From contig CM114271.1 of assembly GCA_050084515.1 (NCBI GenBank), positions 27,218,001 through 27,282,000 of the forward strand: a DNA stretch of 64,000 nt, written 5' to 3'. Origin of the DNA: Blasia pusilla (lineage: Eukaryota). This document shows positions 1 through 13,223 of the stretch, one piece after another. Numbering within the stretch: the stretch's first letter is position 1; each line of letters starts with the position of its first letter. The position numbers and the translations under genes were made by a program. The notes under the pieces are model-generated. The model saw nothing but the letters and a program-made list of their open reading frames with translations, did no database searches and was not told the DNA's origin.

Positions 1-1935
1 GACGATTCCAACGAATGATCGCGAGACGATTCGAGCAAACGATCGCGAGACGATTCAAGCGAACGATCATGAGACGATTCAAGATACTCATCACGGCGAC
101 TCATTGCGACATCAGCAAGGCAACTCATCCTGCCAGAAAGTAACTTCGTTGTCGAGGAGGAGGCATTTTCAGGAACAATGACGAGTAAAAAATCTCAAGA
201 AAACAAGGCTGGGAGCTTCACTCCCAAGTCCATGAGGACTCATGCCTCACCATCTCCAGGGCCTCGTTCGGCCAATGAGATAAGGCAACAAGAGATTGAG
301 GAGCGGGAAAGGGAAGGGGATATGCGTTGGCAGGAGCTTCTTGCAAAACGTGTTAAGGAGGCGCTCGAAAAATAGAACTGAGAGGCTGAGGCGTCGCAGG
401 CCTTGAAGAAAAGAATAGCCGAGGAAAAGCGTGAAAAGAAGCGTCTAGACGCCTTGGTGAGTAGAGCAGAATTGGCAAAAGCTTGAAGGTAAAAAGAGAT
501 TGCCATTGAAGCCCGGCCCGTCCAACCAAAAGTGTTGAGATGCAGGAAATATCCCCGATGAAGTACGGGGACACAATCAATATAAAATTGGCTGAGGAAA
601 CCGCCGAAGTTCAAGTGACGGATGATGAGGTCATGAGGACCGCCAGCGTGGATATGGTGGACATCTCTGAAGAAGCAAGAGAGCGGTCTTCCTCGTCTCT
701 GAGCCTGGCGGAAGAAATCGACCTCTATCAGATCGACGAGTTTCTAGTGGACTTGCCAACTGTTGTCCCAGAGGAGTTGGCGGGCCAAGACATCGACACA
801 ATCTTTGAGCGGGTAAGAAATTATCTTTGATCTTTGAGTTATGTGAAGGCCCATGTTGCAATTCATTGGCAATTCAATGTAGTTTATTGACTTTGTCCCC
901 GTTGTGACAGGTTGTAAAGCAGATGGCACTAATGGAGGGCCAGAACGCCCCGAGAATTCCACTTTGCCTATTGCAGACAATGGAGTACGTACGTAAAATC
1001 AGTCTGACGAGGATATTGCAAAGCTGAAATAGTCGGCAGCGACAGCATCCTACGTTGACAACTTCCCTCCATTCTATGTTGAGCCTTACGATCAACATGG
1101 AATCCAAGCGTTGGTGACGAAGGAGGACTTGGAAGCGCTCAACACATTCTCGAGGATGAGAGATCAGGAATTCAGAAGGGCGATTGAGGGGACTAAATTC
1201 AGCTGGATGCGGAACCTCTATTTTTTCATCTGGGATGTAAACCATAGGTTCATGGCGTGGACCTTGTTTGCAGAGGAGCGCCAAAATTCATTGGAGGCGC
1301 ATTTTTGCGTGAAGTCAGTCGTGCTAAATCCATACCCTCATCACATGGCGATGGTGGAAATGGCCATGCATGCCATGAACATGTAAGTTTCCTCTTCCTT
1401 TTTTTTTATTGCTGCAAACCATCGGACTCCGACGAGTTGTTTAACGAGTGGTAAAAAAACATCGGATGCCTTAAAGCAAGTTTTTGGAGTCGGACGAGTT
1501 GCTTGACTGGCCATTGTTTTTAGGATGTTTTTGGCCGAAAGCAACTCGTCGGACTCCGACGGGTTGCATTCGCCGCCACGGGTAGGTGATGGGAGTAAGG
1601 GAGCTTGATTTTTGGCATCAAATTGTTGCTTTACTTGAAATTGCGCAACCTGTCGGACTCTGACGGTTTGATATGTTCACTTTTTCCGCGGAGACCACTC
1701 TCTGAATACAAATTATCTGACAACCCGTCGGAGTTCGACGGGTTGTAACCAGGCAATCATAAATCTGAATGCAATCCGTTGGACTCTGATGGGTTGCAAT
1801 ATTTAGCTCTTAGCTATCATTTCGACCATGAGGTATAGCGACCTGTCAGAGTCCGACGGGTTGTGGGAATTTTGTCTGATATGTATGTACTACACTGACA
1901 TATATGTCATGTGTAGACTATGTGCAGGATGGATT
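1..1935 (+). mobile_element. Partial copy (copy 0) of the MULE-like element: 5' part of the ParB-like cargo gene
   Basis: Collinear with 17650-19760 and 47880-49063. ATG at 178 (MTSKKSQENKAG...), GT-AG intron ~813-911, exon reading FFIWDVNHRFMAW...MAMHAMN, then an intron with the palindromic repeats. Contains stops and frameshifts. Confidence 0.85.
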
Positions 1936-4089
1936 CTGCAACTACACCAAGGGACCCTATCATGCGATGCCAAATAATCAAGATCGGTTTAGAATTATCC
2001 AATACCTTTATGGACTCGATAATAGCACTCCTGACATGTATGGACAACCCCCATGAGTGGGGCTAGGACCAACTCAAGGAGTGCAAATGACAAAGGGTAC
2101 AAGTAATGGCAAGTCATATATATATATAGAGAAGTATCTTCCCTATTTGGAGAATTTCTTCCTCGTGTTTTGACTAATAAGTAAGTAACCTGATATCGAT
2201 GTGGAGAGTCTGTTTCTAGGCATGAAGATTTGCAAAGTGGGATGGAGTCTTGACTAAAGTGTTTCATGTGTGTAGCAAACTATACGACTCTAGGCTTTCG
2301 ACGGGCAACCGTAGGGACAACATACACACCAAACTCAGTGACTGAGAGCAGTGTGCGAGGCGAGGGGGTGAAGGTTGGAAAAGTGGGTGTGAACAAATCT
2401 TTTTGGGGGGCTGGTATTCTGGCAAGAGAGAGTAAGAGAGGAGAGGAAGAGAGGAAGAGAGGAGAGTCTCTCTTAAAAAAAAAAGGGCCAAATCCGCCTC
2501 CTCTCTTCAAAACTTTTTGACATATTTGAAATTTTTGTTTGCTTTCAAATTCATGAAATCTTTAGAAGAGAGTAGGTAGTGGTCCACATTCGGGCCTAAA
2601 GAAACCTTCTTTTTCCAGGGGGCGAAAAAAAAGTAGACATCATAAGACCACTACAAACATTTTTCCATCACTCTCCATGTGAGCCTAAGTTTCTTAACAT
2701 TACCTGTCTCGGTCTACAAAAAGCAGTGCCCATGGGTATTTTTGTTGGAGGACCACCCGTATGCCAACCTCTCTTTTTGCAAGGATTGTTGCCTGCATCA
2801 TGGCCTCCCCTGAATTGCCCCATAACCAACTTTCTGTTGGTTATGAATGGTGTCTGCTCAAGACCAACTTTGTGAAATGTGAACACATGAGAGGATAATT
2901 GAACCAAAAGATTGTTAGCTGTCTCGAGTAAAGACGAACTGACGTCCCTTCATTCAGATCCTAAAGCTGAGAAACCGAGAAGCTGCACCCCTCCCAACCC
3001 GTAAGAAACCTCACCATAAGAAAGGAAAGATTTTTAGAAGTGATTTTCTTCCACCCTGCACCCACGACAATCTAACATGTTGGGAATCCGAAATGGCAAT
3101 CCGACAGGTAGTAGGAATCCTGCACATCTTAGACAAGAAAAGAAGCCTACAATTGGTTTGACGAATGTAGGGGAAGGAGCCAAAAGTTAAGAAGCCCGCC
3201 ACAATGCGTCAGAACCTGGTCTCATAGGGAAAGAGTCCGATCACTCAAGCAGAATCCGACAGCTTGCCTAAAAATGGTTAAAAAGTTGCAGTGGGAAAAA
3301 GCAAAAAGTTGCAACTTGTCGGAATCATACGGGTTGCAAAATTATAATTCTGAGTAGCTAAAAGAACACAATCCACAAGTCCAAAAAAATATTCCAGCAA
3401 ACTTTTACAAATACCAATATGGGTTGAAAAAATCTCGTCCTTTATTACCTCCGAAGGAACCTCGGAAATGTACATTTAACCTAGTCTATGATTTCTTCAG
3501 CCTCATCATCTACAAATTTACTCCTAACTCTCCTCGGTGACAGTACAAAAGGAATGTCCTGGGATACAAGTGGCTCCTCTGGCCGATTGTAGACGGGGAT
3601 CGAAAATGTTGGCGAATTCAAGAGCCTTGGCCCCCCCTTAGGTACGCCATAACAATCCCATGTAACCTGATTTGAGTCCCACCGCCTTCCTCGGCAGTAT
3701 ACCTTGTACGCTCTGCAATGTGACACCCATCCAGTATCAATATGTGCCCCGTCCTTGGTAATACCATGATGGCAATCGCACAGGTAGAAGGAATCCAACA
3801 CGTCTGAGAGAAGAAAAGAAGCCTACGCCTGCCTTTACGAGTTGAGGGAAAGGTGCCAAGGGAAGAAGCCCGCCAGACTGCCTCTTAAGTTGGACCAATA
3901 GGGAAAGAATCCGATCAGGCAACCTGTGGTAATCTGAGGTGCGGTAAGAGGAGAGGAAGAGAGGAAGAGAGGAGAGAGGAGAGAGAAAACTACCTTCAAT
4001 CGAAATAGATACTTTTTTTTGAAGAGAATTTCCGTTGGGTTGAAGAGAGGAAACTTTTTGTGTGAATTTTTTTGCACTTTTGTTGAACC

Positions 4090-7000
4090 ACCCCAGTAAC
4101 AGGATGTTGCGAACTTCCAGCAACGGAGGGCTTTTGAAATAAAACATTCACTCATTTTGGAGAAGTAACTCCATCACGGATTTGGGACTGGTCCGGGGTC
4201 CCCGAATACCTGGGCGGTGTAATTTCCTCATCCAAATCAATCAGCGGATTGGTTCCTCGATGCTACCTCTTCACCTGCCTGAAGTCAAGATACTTATCTG
4301 GTCTCCACGAGTCTCGCTCGGACTGCTCTACCACCATCTGTATGGGACGTCTTGAAACCCGCCCACGAATATCCCCACCAATGTGTACGTCTTGCTCGAG
4401 TGGAGTTCCAGCTACGCACCCGTTGAAGGCTTCGACATACAAATTTTCATCACCAGATCTCACAGCCGCCCTGACATTGAGCTTGTAGATCGACGGCCCT
4501 TTTCGTTTTGTTATGCCTTTTGTGAGAAAGATATGGGATGTTGCAGACTGTAGCATTGCTCTTGCCTGGTCTTGTTGGCATGCCTCCACAAGTGAAATTC
4601 GTTGGCATGCTTGTGACGACCTCCAAGAGGAATGAACACTTTCTGCTCCACTTGTGTTGGGGGAGAGGGCATTTTCATGAACGTTCAATCCCTGCAACGA
4701 CGGCAATGTTAGAAGGGAACCAAAATAACCCAGGAGTCAAAGAAATAAGCGACGTGTCGGAACCAGACGGGTTGCAGGCCCGAGGCATCCCATGAACGAC
4801 TCTGCGACCCGTCGGGTCCTGACGTGTTGTAACCTTAAACCCACCTATTGCAAATCGTCGGAACCCGACGGGTTGCAAGGCCGAGGCATCCCATGAATGA
4901 CTCTGTGACCCGTCAGGTCCTGAATGGTTGCACATCCGGGACGACACCAAACATGTGGATGCAACCCGTCGGTTTCCGTCGGGTTGCACCCTTGGGCAAC
5001 CCGTCGGTTTCCGTCGGGTTGCACACTCGGGCAACCCCCGTCGGTTTCCGTCGGGTTGCACACTCGGGCAACCCGTCGGTTTCCGTCGGGTTGCACACTC
5101 GGGCAACCCGTCGCATCCGACAGCTTGCTTGGTCTCTTGGGTTTGAAATCCATATAATTCCCATGCTTCTCACTTTGAGCTACAACTTTACAAACAATTC
5201 TCAGCGTGAGCTTGACAAGACAAAATAGTGAACTCACCTGCCGCATGAAGTTTCCCCATTGTCTCATACGTACAGTCCACCAACTCAACCAAGAGCACAA
5301 CTCTTTGTACTTCCCCTCAATCGCATGCTTCCTCCACCACCCATGAAGTTCTTCCTGGCATTCCATGACTCGCTTCAAGGTTTTTTGCCCTTGCAGGCGT
5401 TGGAGTTGAGTGACATGCTCTGTCCTCTTATTCTCCTTGATGCAAGATTTGGTGTACCGGGTCACAGACTGTTGCCAATGGAAAGCATCCGACCTTTCCC
5501 TCTCCGGTTGAACCTCTCCATCCCAGAACACTTCCCGGATAGCAATCCACCCAGGTTGTGCATTGTCCACCATGAACCCATAAATTTCCGGAGGTGGCCT
5601 TTTGTTTTCCTTCACCACCTCCACTAAGAGTAACCATCACATCTTCAAACTGCCAACGTCTTCTGCCTTTACTTCATAGACAAATATAGTTTTGAGTCCC
5701 TTCTCCACATGGTCATAAACGTGAGCACCCATCGTCAACCATCCGTTCAAAGACTCAGAGCAAATATCAAAGCCGACCCGGCTCCGTAAAGATCTTCCCC
5801 TTCCTCATTCGATCTATAAGATCGAGGCCACTCGACGGACCTGTGGTTGACATTTTGAAGACATAGGCCTTGGATCCCTCACCTCCTTGGCCCATGAACT
5901 GCCATCTCTGAATGAATGGAAACCTGAAGTTGGCCTTGATTCTGGCGATGGCATCCATTTCGGCCGTCTTTCCATCCGTAACTCAGATCGACGCAAACAA
6001 ATTCTGAAGCATTCGGGATCAGCGAGAAATGCAAGATTTTCCCGAGTTGTTTCTCCTCAACCGTGATCTCGCCCTCGCCCGGGATTCCAAGCAATTGTTC
6101 ACAAATTTGTGATGCCGTTGCAGAGCTTGATCACCCCGGGCTTTGAACCCAGGAGAGTTTCAAGACCTCGACTACTTTCTTCGCCACATCCTCCTTGATG
6201 TGTCTTTGAATTGCATCGGTCACAGGATGAGTGTGGGAGCCAACATGAACCGCCACCTTGTATACTCGACGTGGAGCCCAAGTCATGGACAATGAAAAAT
6301 ATGTATATGCAGGACACGCCCAACGCAAAAGGGCGATGCGACAATGAGGACATCGATGGCCTCCGGCGGTATTGTGGCACCCACCTCGTATGGAGTTTTG
6401 CATTCTTGGGGGAATTGCGACGTATTGACTCGCCCGTTGCGCTCTAGATACGGGCATCTTTGGACTTCTACACTCCAAGGCTCCCACGCATTGGCGGCGG
6501 GAGACAATCCAAGGACCATGTGGGATGGAAGCACTGGTCCGTTGAAGCCTGCACCATCGATGACAATCAGACTTTCTCTCCATACCCTTCAGGCGTCCTC
6601 CATCCTTCTTTTGAGCAGGAGCAGCAAGTGGAGGCAACTAAAAAATGCAGTTACCATCGTACGTCGGCGGCAACTCGTCGACAAGAATATGCTTGAACAT
6701 TTTCAAGGGCAGAGACGAAAGCAAACTATTGCTTGATACTCGCAAGAGGAACTAGTAGGGCCCGATTGGTGTCCGACAGATCCGCTGAGGTTGATAACAT
6801 CTGGAATCTCTTCTGGAAAAACAACATTGTTACGAGTGTGCGAAGTTGGAGTCGAAGCCGGATCTTCAGAGCTTGGAGTTGCAAACGTAGAGCTCGGAGC
6901 ACTAAGAAAATCTAGACCGTCTACTTGGGAAACAGACGAATTCAAGGGCAGGCCGTAAACTCTGTATTGACCATTTGCGACAGGTAGGAGATTGCATACT

Positions 7001-7232
7001 TTACGGTCTGAGGTCACTGGCTGGACCGTCTCACCTATTATGTCTTGCGTACCGTCTCCACCCTAACATCTTTGGATACAAAGATGGTTCCAATTTGAAG
7101 AAGAAATCGAAGACAGATGAGAAAATTTTCATCCACTGCTACGAAAGACTCACAAGCTTGGGGTTGAATGATTTCTGATTGAGGAAGGGCCGCCAGATGA
7201 CTGCCACAAGTGAGCTTAACATAATTATCCAT
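4090..7232 (-). pseudogene. MULE (Mutator-like) DDE transposase with N-terminal GCM/WRKY-like Zn finger, copy 2
   Basis: RRQCVGALEC...CPY...CPHC...C...HVGSHTHP Zn-binding pattern. GFD and TMGAHVYD (~5715-5775), GFMVDNAQPGWIAIREVF, AFHWQQS, WLSWW and PNTSGAESVHSSW match the MULE D-D-(C/D)xxH-E layout. Frameshifts present and the SWIM part is deleted. Confidence 0.8.
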
Positions 7233-7290
7233 TCCAAAAAGATTCCTACGGGAGGAGACTGAGAATGAGAATGAGAATGAGAATATTTAA

Positions 7291-8269
7291 TTTATAGTGA
7301 ATAGGAAACAGATACTCCTGAATGATTTTTACTGACAAGATGAATTCGGTGGGGGAGATTGTGTGACACAATGGATCCAATTCTGTAACACATTCAATTG
7401 TGGTGCAATATGTTCCCTGATTTGGGAAGCAGAGGGTTGCGCATCACTTGGAACCCGTCGGAGTCCTGGTAACTTAGAAATTACCCAAAGCTTACGGCTG
7501 GCAACCCGTCGGCATCGGACAAAGTTGCACGCCGCTAAACATTGTCGAAGCGAGCAACCCGTCGCTCTCCGACGACTTGCTGGGATACCGCTCCTTCTTG
7601 CTCGAAGATGCCGGAGGCGTGCAAACCGTCTATTCCCGGCGAGGCGTGCAACCCGTCGCCGCCCAACGGGTTGCGCAAGGGCGTTGCCTTGTGGTACAGC
7701 CAGCCAGACTCCGACGACTTGCACGGGAAGCCATTGGTGCAAGTCGTCGGAGTCGGGAGTCGTCGGAGTCGGGTGCGTGCCTCCGCCATCCTTGATAAGG
7801 GAAGCGTGCAACCCAAGAGTCTCCGACGGATTGCCCAAAATACGTCCCGTTCCCGTCCCAAACACGACGGAGGCGCGCAACATGTCGGTCTCCAACGGCT
7901 TGCGCGGGTACCTCGCGTTGTTTTCCGAAGACGACGGAGGCGCTCAACTCGTCGGTCTCCGACGGGTTGCTCGCGCACGTGGCGACATTCGAAGGATGGC
8001 GGAGGCACGCAACATGTCGGTCTCCGACGGGTTGCGCGGGTACCTCGCGTTCTTTTCCTAAGACGACGGAGGCGCTCAACCCGCCGGCCTCCGACACAGG
8101 TTGTTTCTCGCGCCGCGTGGCGGCGTACCAGGATGGCGGAGCCGCGCAATCTGTTGAACTCCGACGGGTTGCAATTTTTCACGTCCGGACTTCCGTAACA
8201 TTCGGCACGTCGTCGTCGAAAGGACGACGGGACCCAACGGTCAGCCCAACGGCTAGAAAAGTATAAATA
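7291..8269. promoter_or_regulatory. Divergent promoter region between transposase and cargo gene
   Basis: TATAAA on the minus strand (7291-7296) lies ~60 bp above the transposase ATG (7232). TATAAATA on the plus strand (8262-8269) lies above the cargo ATG. Both are followed by CTCATT repeats. The layout is conserved in copy 3 (~16577-17543) and copy 4 (~46605-47736). Confidence 0.55.
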
Positions 8270-8542
8270 GGGCAGAAGTCGCTCATTTCCGATTTCTCAT
8301 TTCGCGATCTTCATTCCTCACTCCTCACTCTCCCCATGCGATCGATCGATATCTGAAGGGGCATTTCACGCGGCGACACATCGCGAGTCGAAAGGACAGA
8401 ACGAGAGCGAGACGGTTCGACCGAGCGATATCAGGACGATTCGAGCTAACCACCAAGGCGAGACGAGCTCCCATCTCGACATTTGCAAGGCGACTGATCA
8501 AGGGATTCCTCGTGGACATAGGCGGAGGCATTTCCGGCAAAA

Positions 8543-9721
8543 ATGACGAGGAAAAAACACAAGCCAACAAGTCCGGAGCTTCACTCCCAAGTCCATTAGG
8601 ACTCTGCGTCGCTTCTCCTGCGCCTCGCTCGCGAATGAAATTAGGCAGCAGGAAATCGAGGAGCGGGAAAGGGAAGCCGAGATGCACAACCAAGTGCTTC
8701 TGGCCAGACGTGTTCAAGCGGCGCTAGATAAACAAAACGAAGAGGCCGAGACGTTGCAGGCTTTGAAGAAAAGGATCGCCCGGCGATTTAAAAGAGAGAA
8801 AAGAAGCGCCGACGCCGCGTGGGAGGGCGGAATTGGCTAAAGCGAGGCGGGAAAAAGCGATAGCCATTGACGATAGCCCAGCCCGTCCAACCGCAAGTGT
8901 TGAGATGCGGGAAATGTCCCCCACAAAGTCCGGGGACACAATCAACATAGTGGAAACAACACTAGTTCAACTCGATGACGACGAGGTCATGAGGACCGCC
9001 AGCGTGGAGATTCGCCTTCCGACGGGTTGCATCCGAAAACCAAAATCAACTTGGAAAACCCAAAAGCAACTGCAACCCGTCGGGTTCCGACGAGTGGATC
9101 TGGGACAAAACAACCCGTCGGACTCCGATAGGTTGATCCAAAGTCAGTTATGGAAAATCTTCTCAAGGCGACTTCTTTAGTTTCAGACATTGTTTTGTGC
9201 TGATTTACAGATGGACCACTCCTACGTGTACTACTTCATTCGGCCCGAGCACAATTTCCAGGTGTTCAAGATCCAGGATCCTGTGGATCCATGCTCAGAT
9301 GGGTATAGCTTAAATTCCCCCCCATGCTCAGATGGGTACAGTTTGTACAATTCCCCCCCGGGAATTTACATGCAAACAAGACCGCTCGGGAGGAAGGAAA
9401 AGTTGCGACCCGATGCAACGCTCATCGAGCTCTGCTCAAGGCCGGGTGACTTGGTGTTCGACTTAGTGGGCCTTTCGGCAAGTATCGAGGCGCTGGCAGA
9501 GTGGCGGGAACATTCTTCGCCTCGAGGGAAGGGGGAACTATTTGACCTTTGCAAGGAGGCAAAGCGAGAATACAAAAGGCTCGTTAGGCGTACAACTCTC
9601 CACCGGCCGAGAGCTCCGGTTCAGAGCCACCCTTGGTAGTGACTCCATCGTCACTTCCAACGATTCCCAAAATCGGGAGGGCAAGGCCGAAAGTGATTTT
9701 GCAAGAGCTCTCGGACGATGA
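8543..9721 (+). pseudogene. Cargo gene of copy 2, with the ParB and motif-IV portion deleted
   Basis: Exon 1 homolog is joined at ~9010 to the last intron. The last exon reads TLIELCSRPGDLVFDLVGLS with frameshifts. Confidence 0.75.
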
Positions 9722-12700
9722 CGAGTGAGTTCAAAGAACTCAACTGACTTGACTCTGACGTTTGGAGTAGGGAGTTTTTTGATTATTTTGGCAAAAGATT
9801 TCATAGAATAGATCAAATGTACAGTTCCGAGCTTTTTTTGGATGATATAAAGCAGAAGATTTTTTCGATCGATGGTGGTGCTTGTAAATGTTTGGTGATC
9901 ATTTTGTCTTTTTGAATGTGATCGTCTATGTACTCCACAGTCTTCTACTTTGCAACCCGTCGGATTTCTCCTGCTTGCAATTTTCACTTTATGACCACTG
10001 CAACCCGTCGGATTTCTCCTCCTCGCTTTTTGACCACTGGACCCTTTTTACCACCTCCAGGAAACCGATCTGATTCCGACAGGTTGCCTGATCGGATCCT
10101 TTCGGATCAGGCAGTCTGGCGAGCTTCTTCCCTTGGCACCTTCCCCTCAACTCGTAAAGGCAGGCATAGTCTTCTTTTCTTCTCTCAGGCGTGTTGGATT
10201 CCTTTCTGTCGCGGTTGCCATAGTGGTATTACAGGGGGACGGAGCGGATATTGATACTTGGATGGGTGTCACATTGCAGAGCGTACAAGGTATATCTTTG
10301 CCGAGGAAGGCGGTGGGACTCGAGAGACATGTTACATGGGACCGTTATGGTGTACCTAGGGGGCCAAGGCTCTCGGGTCGCCAACATTTTCGATCCCCGT
10401 CTACAACCGGCCGGAGGAGCCACTTGAATCCTAGGACATTCCTTTGGCATCACGAGGAGAGTTAGGAGTAAATTTGTAGATGACGAGGTGAAGAAATCAT
10501 AGACTAGGTTCAATGTACATTTCGAGGTTCCTCGGAGGTAATAAAGGACGAGATTTTTTTCAACCCATAATTGTGTTTGTAAAAGTTTTTGGAATATGTT
10601 TTTGGACTTATGGAGGTGATGCAAGAGAAAGGCCCAAAGATCAGTCGCCCAAGAACAAGTCAAGAAGATTGTACAAGGTGATAATGCAGCCAAGTCACTC
10701 CATTGACCTCAAGCCTAGAGGAGACAAGGGAGATGGTGTAGGCACTAGGAGTCTCAGTGGTATCCAATGAAGGAGATAGAGTGCTTGATTTCTTTGTTGT
10801 AGAGGAGGGTTTGAACCAAGGGGTGGATCTAATTGTTAGGGCCAAGAAATGAAGAATAAGGGGCTAAGAAGAGGTCAATGGAGGCTGAGCTCAAATGCTT
10901 GGACTCTTGTGGGCTAGAAGATTCCTCATGGAAGCCTAGAGGACCTCATTTGAAGGCCATAAATCTTGAGAATCAAGGGAGATATCTATAGAGTTGAGAG
11001 GATCCAAGGAGTGATTTCGGAAGATTTGTGTAGGTGGAGCTAAGTGGAGGTGTGAACTGAGGGGGGGGCTCGGAACCAGATTGAGAAGAAGCAAGCATGG
11101 GAAGAATATAGAGGTAGATCTCACCTTCAAGCATGTCCAAGAGACAGTCGAGCCTATGCCATCAATGTTGCTCAAGAGGCTTTAGTTAGGCAGGTTGAAG
11201 TAGATGAGGTAGAAATTTCAGGCGAGTAGATGCCTTGGAGTAGATGCTTAGGGTTGGCATCGGGTGGTCCTCCAACAAAAATACCAAGGGCACGCTTTTT
11301 GTTGACCAAGATGAGGAGATGGAAAAATGTTTGTAGTGGTCTTATGATGTCTACTTTTTTTCGCCCCAAGGAAAAAGGAGGTTTTTTAGGGCCAAATGTG
11401 GACCACTACCTACTCTCTTCTAAAGATTTCATGGATTTGAAAGCAAACAAAAATTTCAAATATGTCATAAAGTTTTGAAGAGAGGAGGCGGATTTGGCCC
11501 TTTTTTTAAGAGAGACTCTCCTCTCTTCCTCTCTTCCTCTCCTCTCTTACTCTCTCCCGCTGGCTAATGGTAATTTGACACGTTACTGGAAGTGGTAAAA
11601 GGAAAAACCAAACGGGTTGCAAAATAGAAGTCATGAGTACATAGCGATCACATTTGAAAAGACATAAAAAATGTTCAGCAAACTTTTACAAGCACCACCA
11701 TCGTTCGAAAAAATCTTCTCCTTTATATTATCTGAAAAAAGCTCAGAACTATACATTTGATCTATTCTATGAAATCTTTTGACTCATCATCAAAAAACTC
11801 CCTACTCCAAACGCCAATTTTGATCAAGTGGTCGTTGAGTTCTTTGAACTCATGTCATCGTCCGAGAGCTCTTCAAAATTACTTTCGGCCTTGCCCTCCC
11901 AATTTTTGGAATCCTTGGAAGTGACGATGGAGTCACTACCAATGGTGGGTCTGGAACTGGAGCTCTCGGCTTCGGTGGAGAGTTGTACGCCCCAACGAGC
12001 CTTTCGTATTCTTCCTTTGCCTCCTTGCAAAGGTCAAACGATTCGCCTTCCCTTGAGGCAGAGAATGTTTCGCCACTCGCCAGCGCTTTGATACTTGCCC
12101 CGAAAGTTCCACTAAGTCGAACACCAAGTCACCGGCCTTGAAGCTCGATGAGCGTTTGCACGGGGTTGGCAAGATATACTTGCATGTAAATTCGGGGGAA
12201 TTTACAAACATCTCGAGCATGGATCCACAGGATCCTCGGATCTTGAACCCTGGAAATTGTGCTGAAAACGAGGAGTGGTTTGAAGACGTTGGAAACAATG
12301 TCAAGAACTAAAGAAGTCGGCTTGACTCAGAGAACTTTCTCAATTACTAACTTTGATCAACTCGTTTGAGTCCGACGCGTTGTTTTGTCCCGACCAACCC
12401 GTGGCCTTCCGACGGGTTGGTCGTGACAAACAACCCATCAAGCTCTTTGTTGTTTTTGTCCGTGAGCAACCCATTGAAGGTGATTTAATTTTAGAGCAGC
12501 CCATGCTGGCCGAGACCAACTCGTCGCTATCGATGAGGATTGCTGACTTTCCGGAAACACAGGAAAAACCAAAAGCGCAACCCGCCGGGTTGCGATTTAC
12601 ACCACGATTTTCCTCGGTATTCGGGAAAGATGCAACCCATCGGAAACCAACGGGTTGCTCTCATCCAACCATGGGCTGCTCTAAGACAACCCGTCGCTTT

Positions 12701-13223
12701 TTCGACGGGTTGTGACAAAAAAACAACGGAGATAGATTTAACCCGAATTTGAAAATATATTTGAGATTATACTACAGGAATTGAGCCTTACCCGAATCAG
12801 ACTCGTCGCGGATCGGAGTGGGTACTCATTTTTTATGAGGTGCGGTAAGAGGAGAGGAAGAGAGGAAGAGAGGAGAGAGGAAACTACCTTCAACCGAAAT
12901 AGATACTTTTTTTTTAAGAGAGTTTCCGTTGGGTTGAAGAGAGGAAACTTTTTGTGTGAATTTTTTTGCACTTTTTTGTTCATTTATTAAACAATCCCAC
13001 AGTTTTTTTTTCCTCTTCCATATTTTGGCAACCCCTGTGAGTCCGACGAGTTGCAAATTGGACAAAATTTACAAAACTGAAAAATCATAAGTGTGGAACC
13101 AATCACTTTTTCCATCCAAGGTCTGGAAAAAATCTATCATTTGCCCCGGGCTGAATAGAGTTCAAGCTCAAAGTGAAGGTTGAGGAAAAATAAAAGTACA
13201 ATATAAAACCTCATTTTGCATCC

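Larger units (their letters stand above)
3936..11567. mobile_element. Nested MULE-like copy 2 (internally deleted)
   Basis: End A GAGGTGCGGTAAGAGG at 3936 and a degraded end B at ~11460-11567. Flanks TGGTAATCT (3927-3935) and TGGTAATTT (11568-11576). Copy-1 sequence resumes after 11568. Confidence 0.75.

Noticed and set aside
1-90. ~22-bp tandem repeat (GAGACGATTC...GAACGATC)
   Set aside because: It is a local expansion in the cargo 5' leader, cut by the window edge, with no further evidence of function.
4755-5120. Palindromic repeats resembling a CRISPR array
   Set aside because: Spacing is irregular, spacers are repetitive rather than unique, no cas genes are present, and the context is a eukaryotic intron (CTAAC...TTGCAG acceptor at ~4692 on minus).
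4090-7232. Classification as Zisupton/KDZ because of the SWIM and Cys-rich domains
   Set aside because: The FMxD, FHWxQ and AESxH motifs and the 9-bp TSDs fit the MULE superfamily better.
7329-8266. Several overlapping 100-230 aa ORFs on both strands
   Set aside because: They arise from the GC-rich palindrome array (ATRR/NPS/QPVG translations) and their frames are not conserved between copies.
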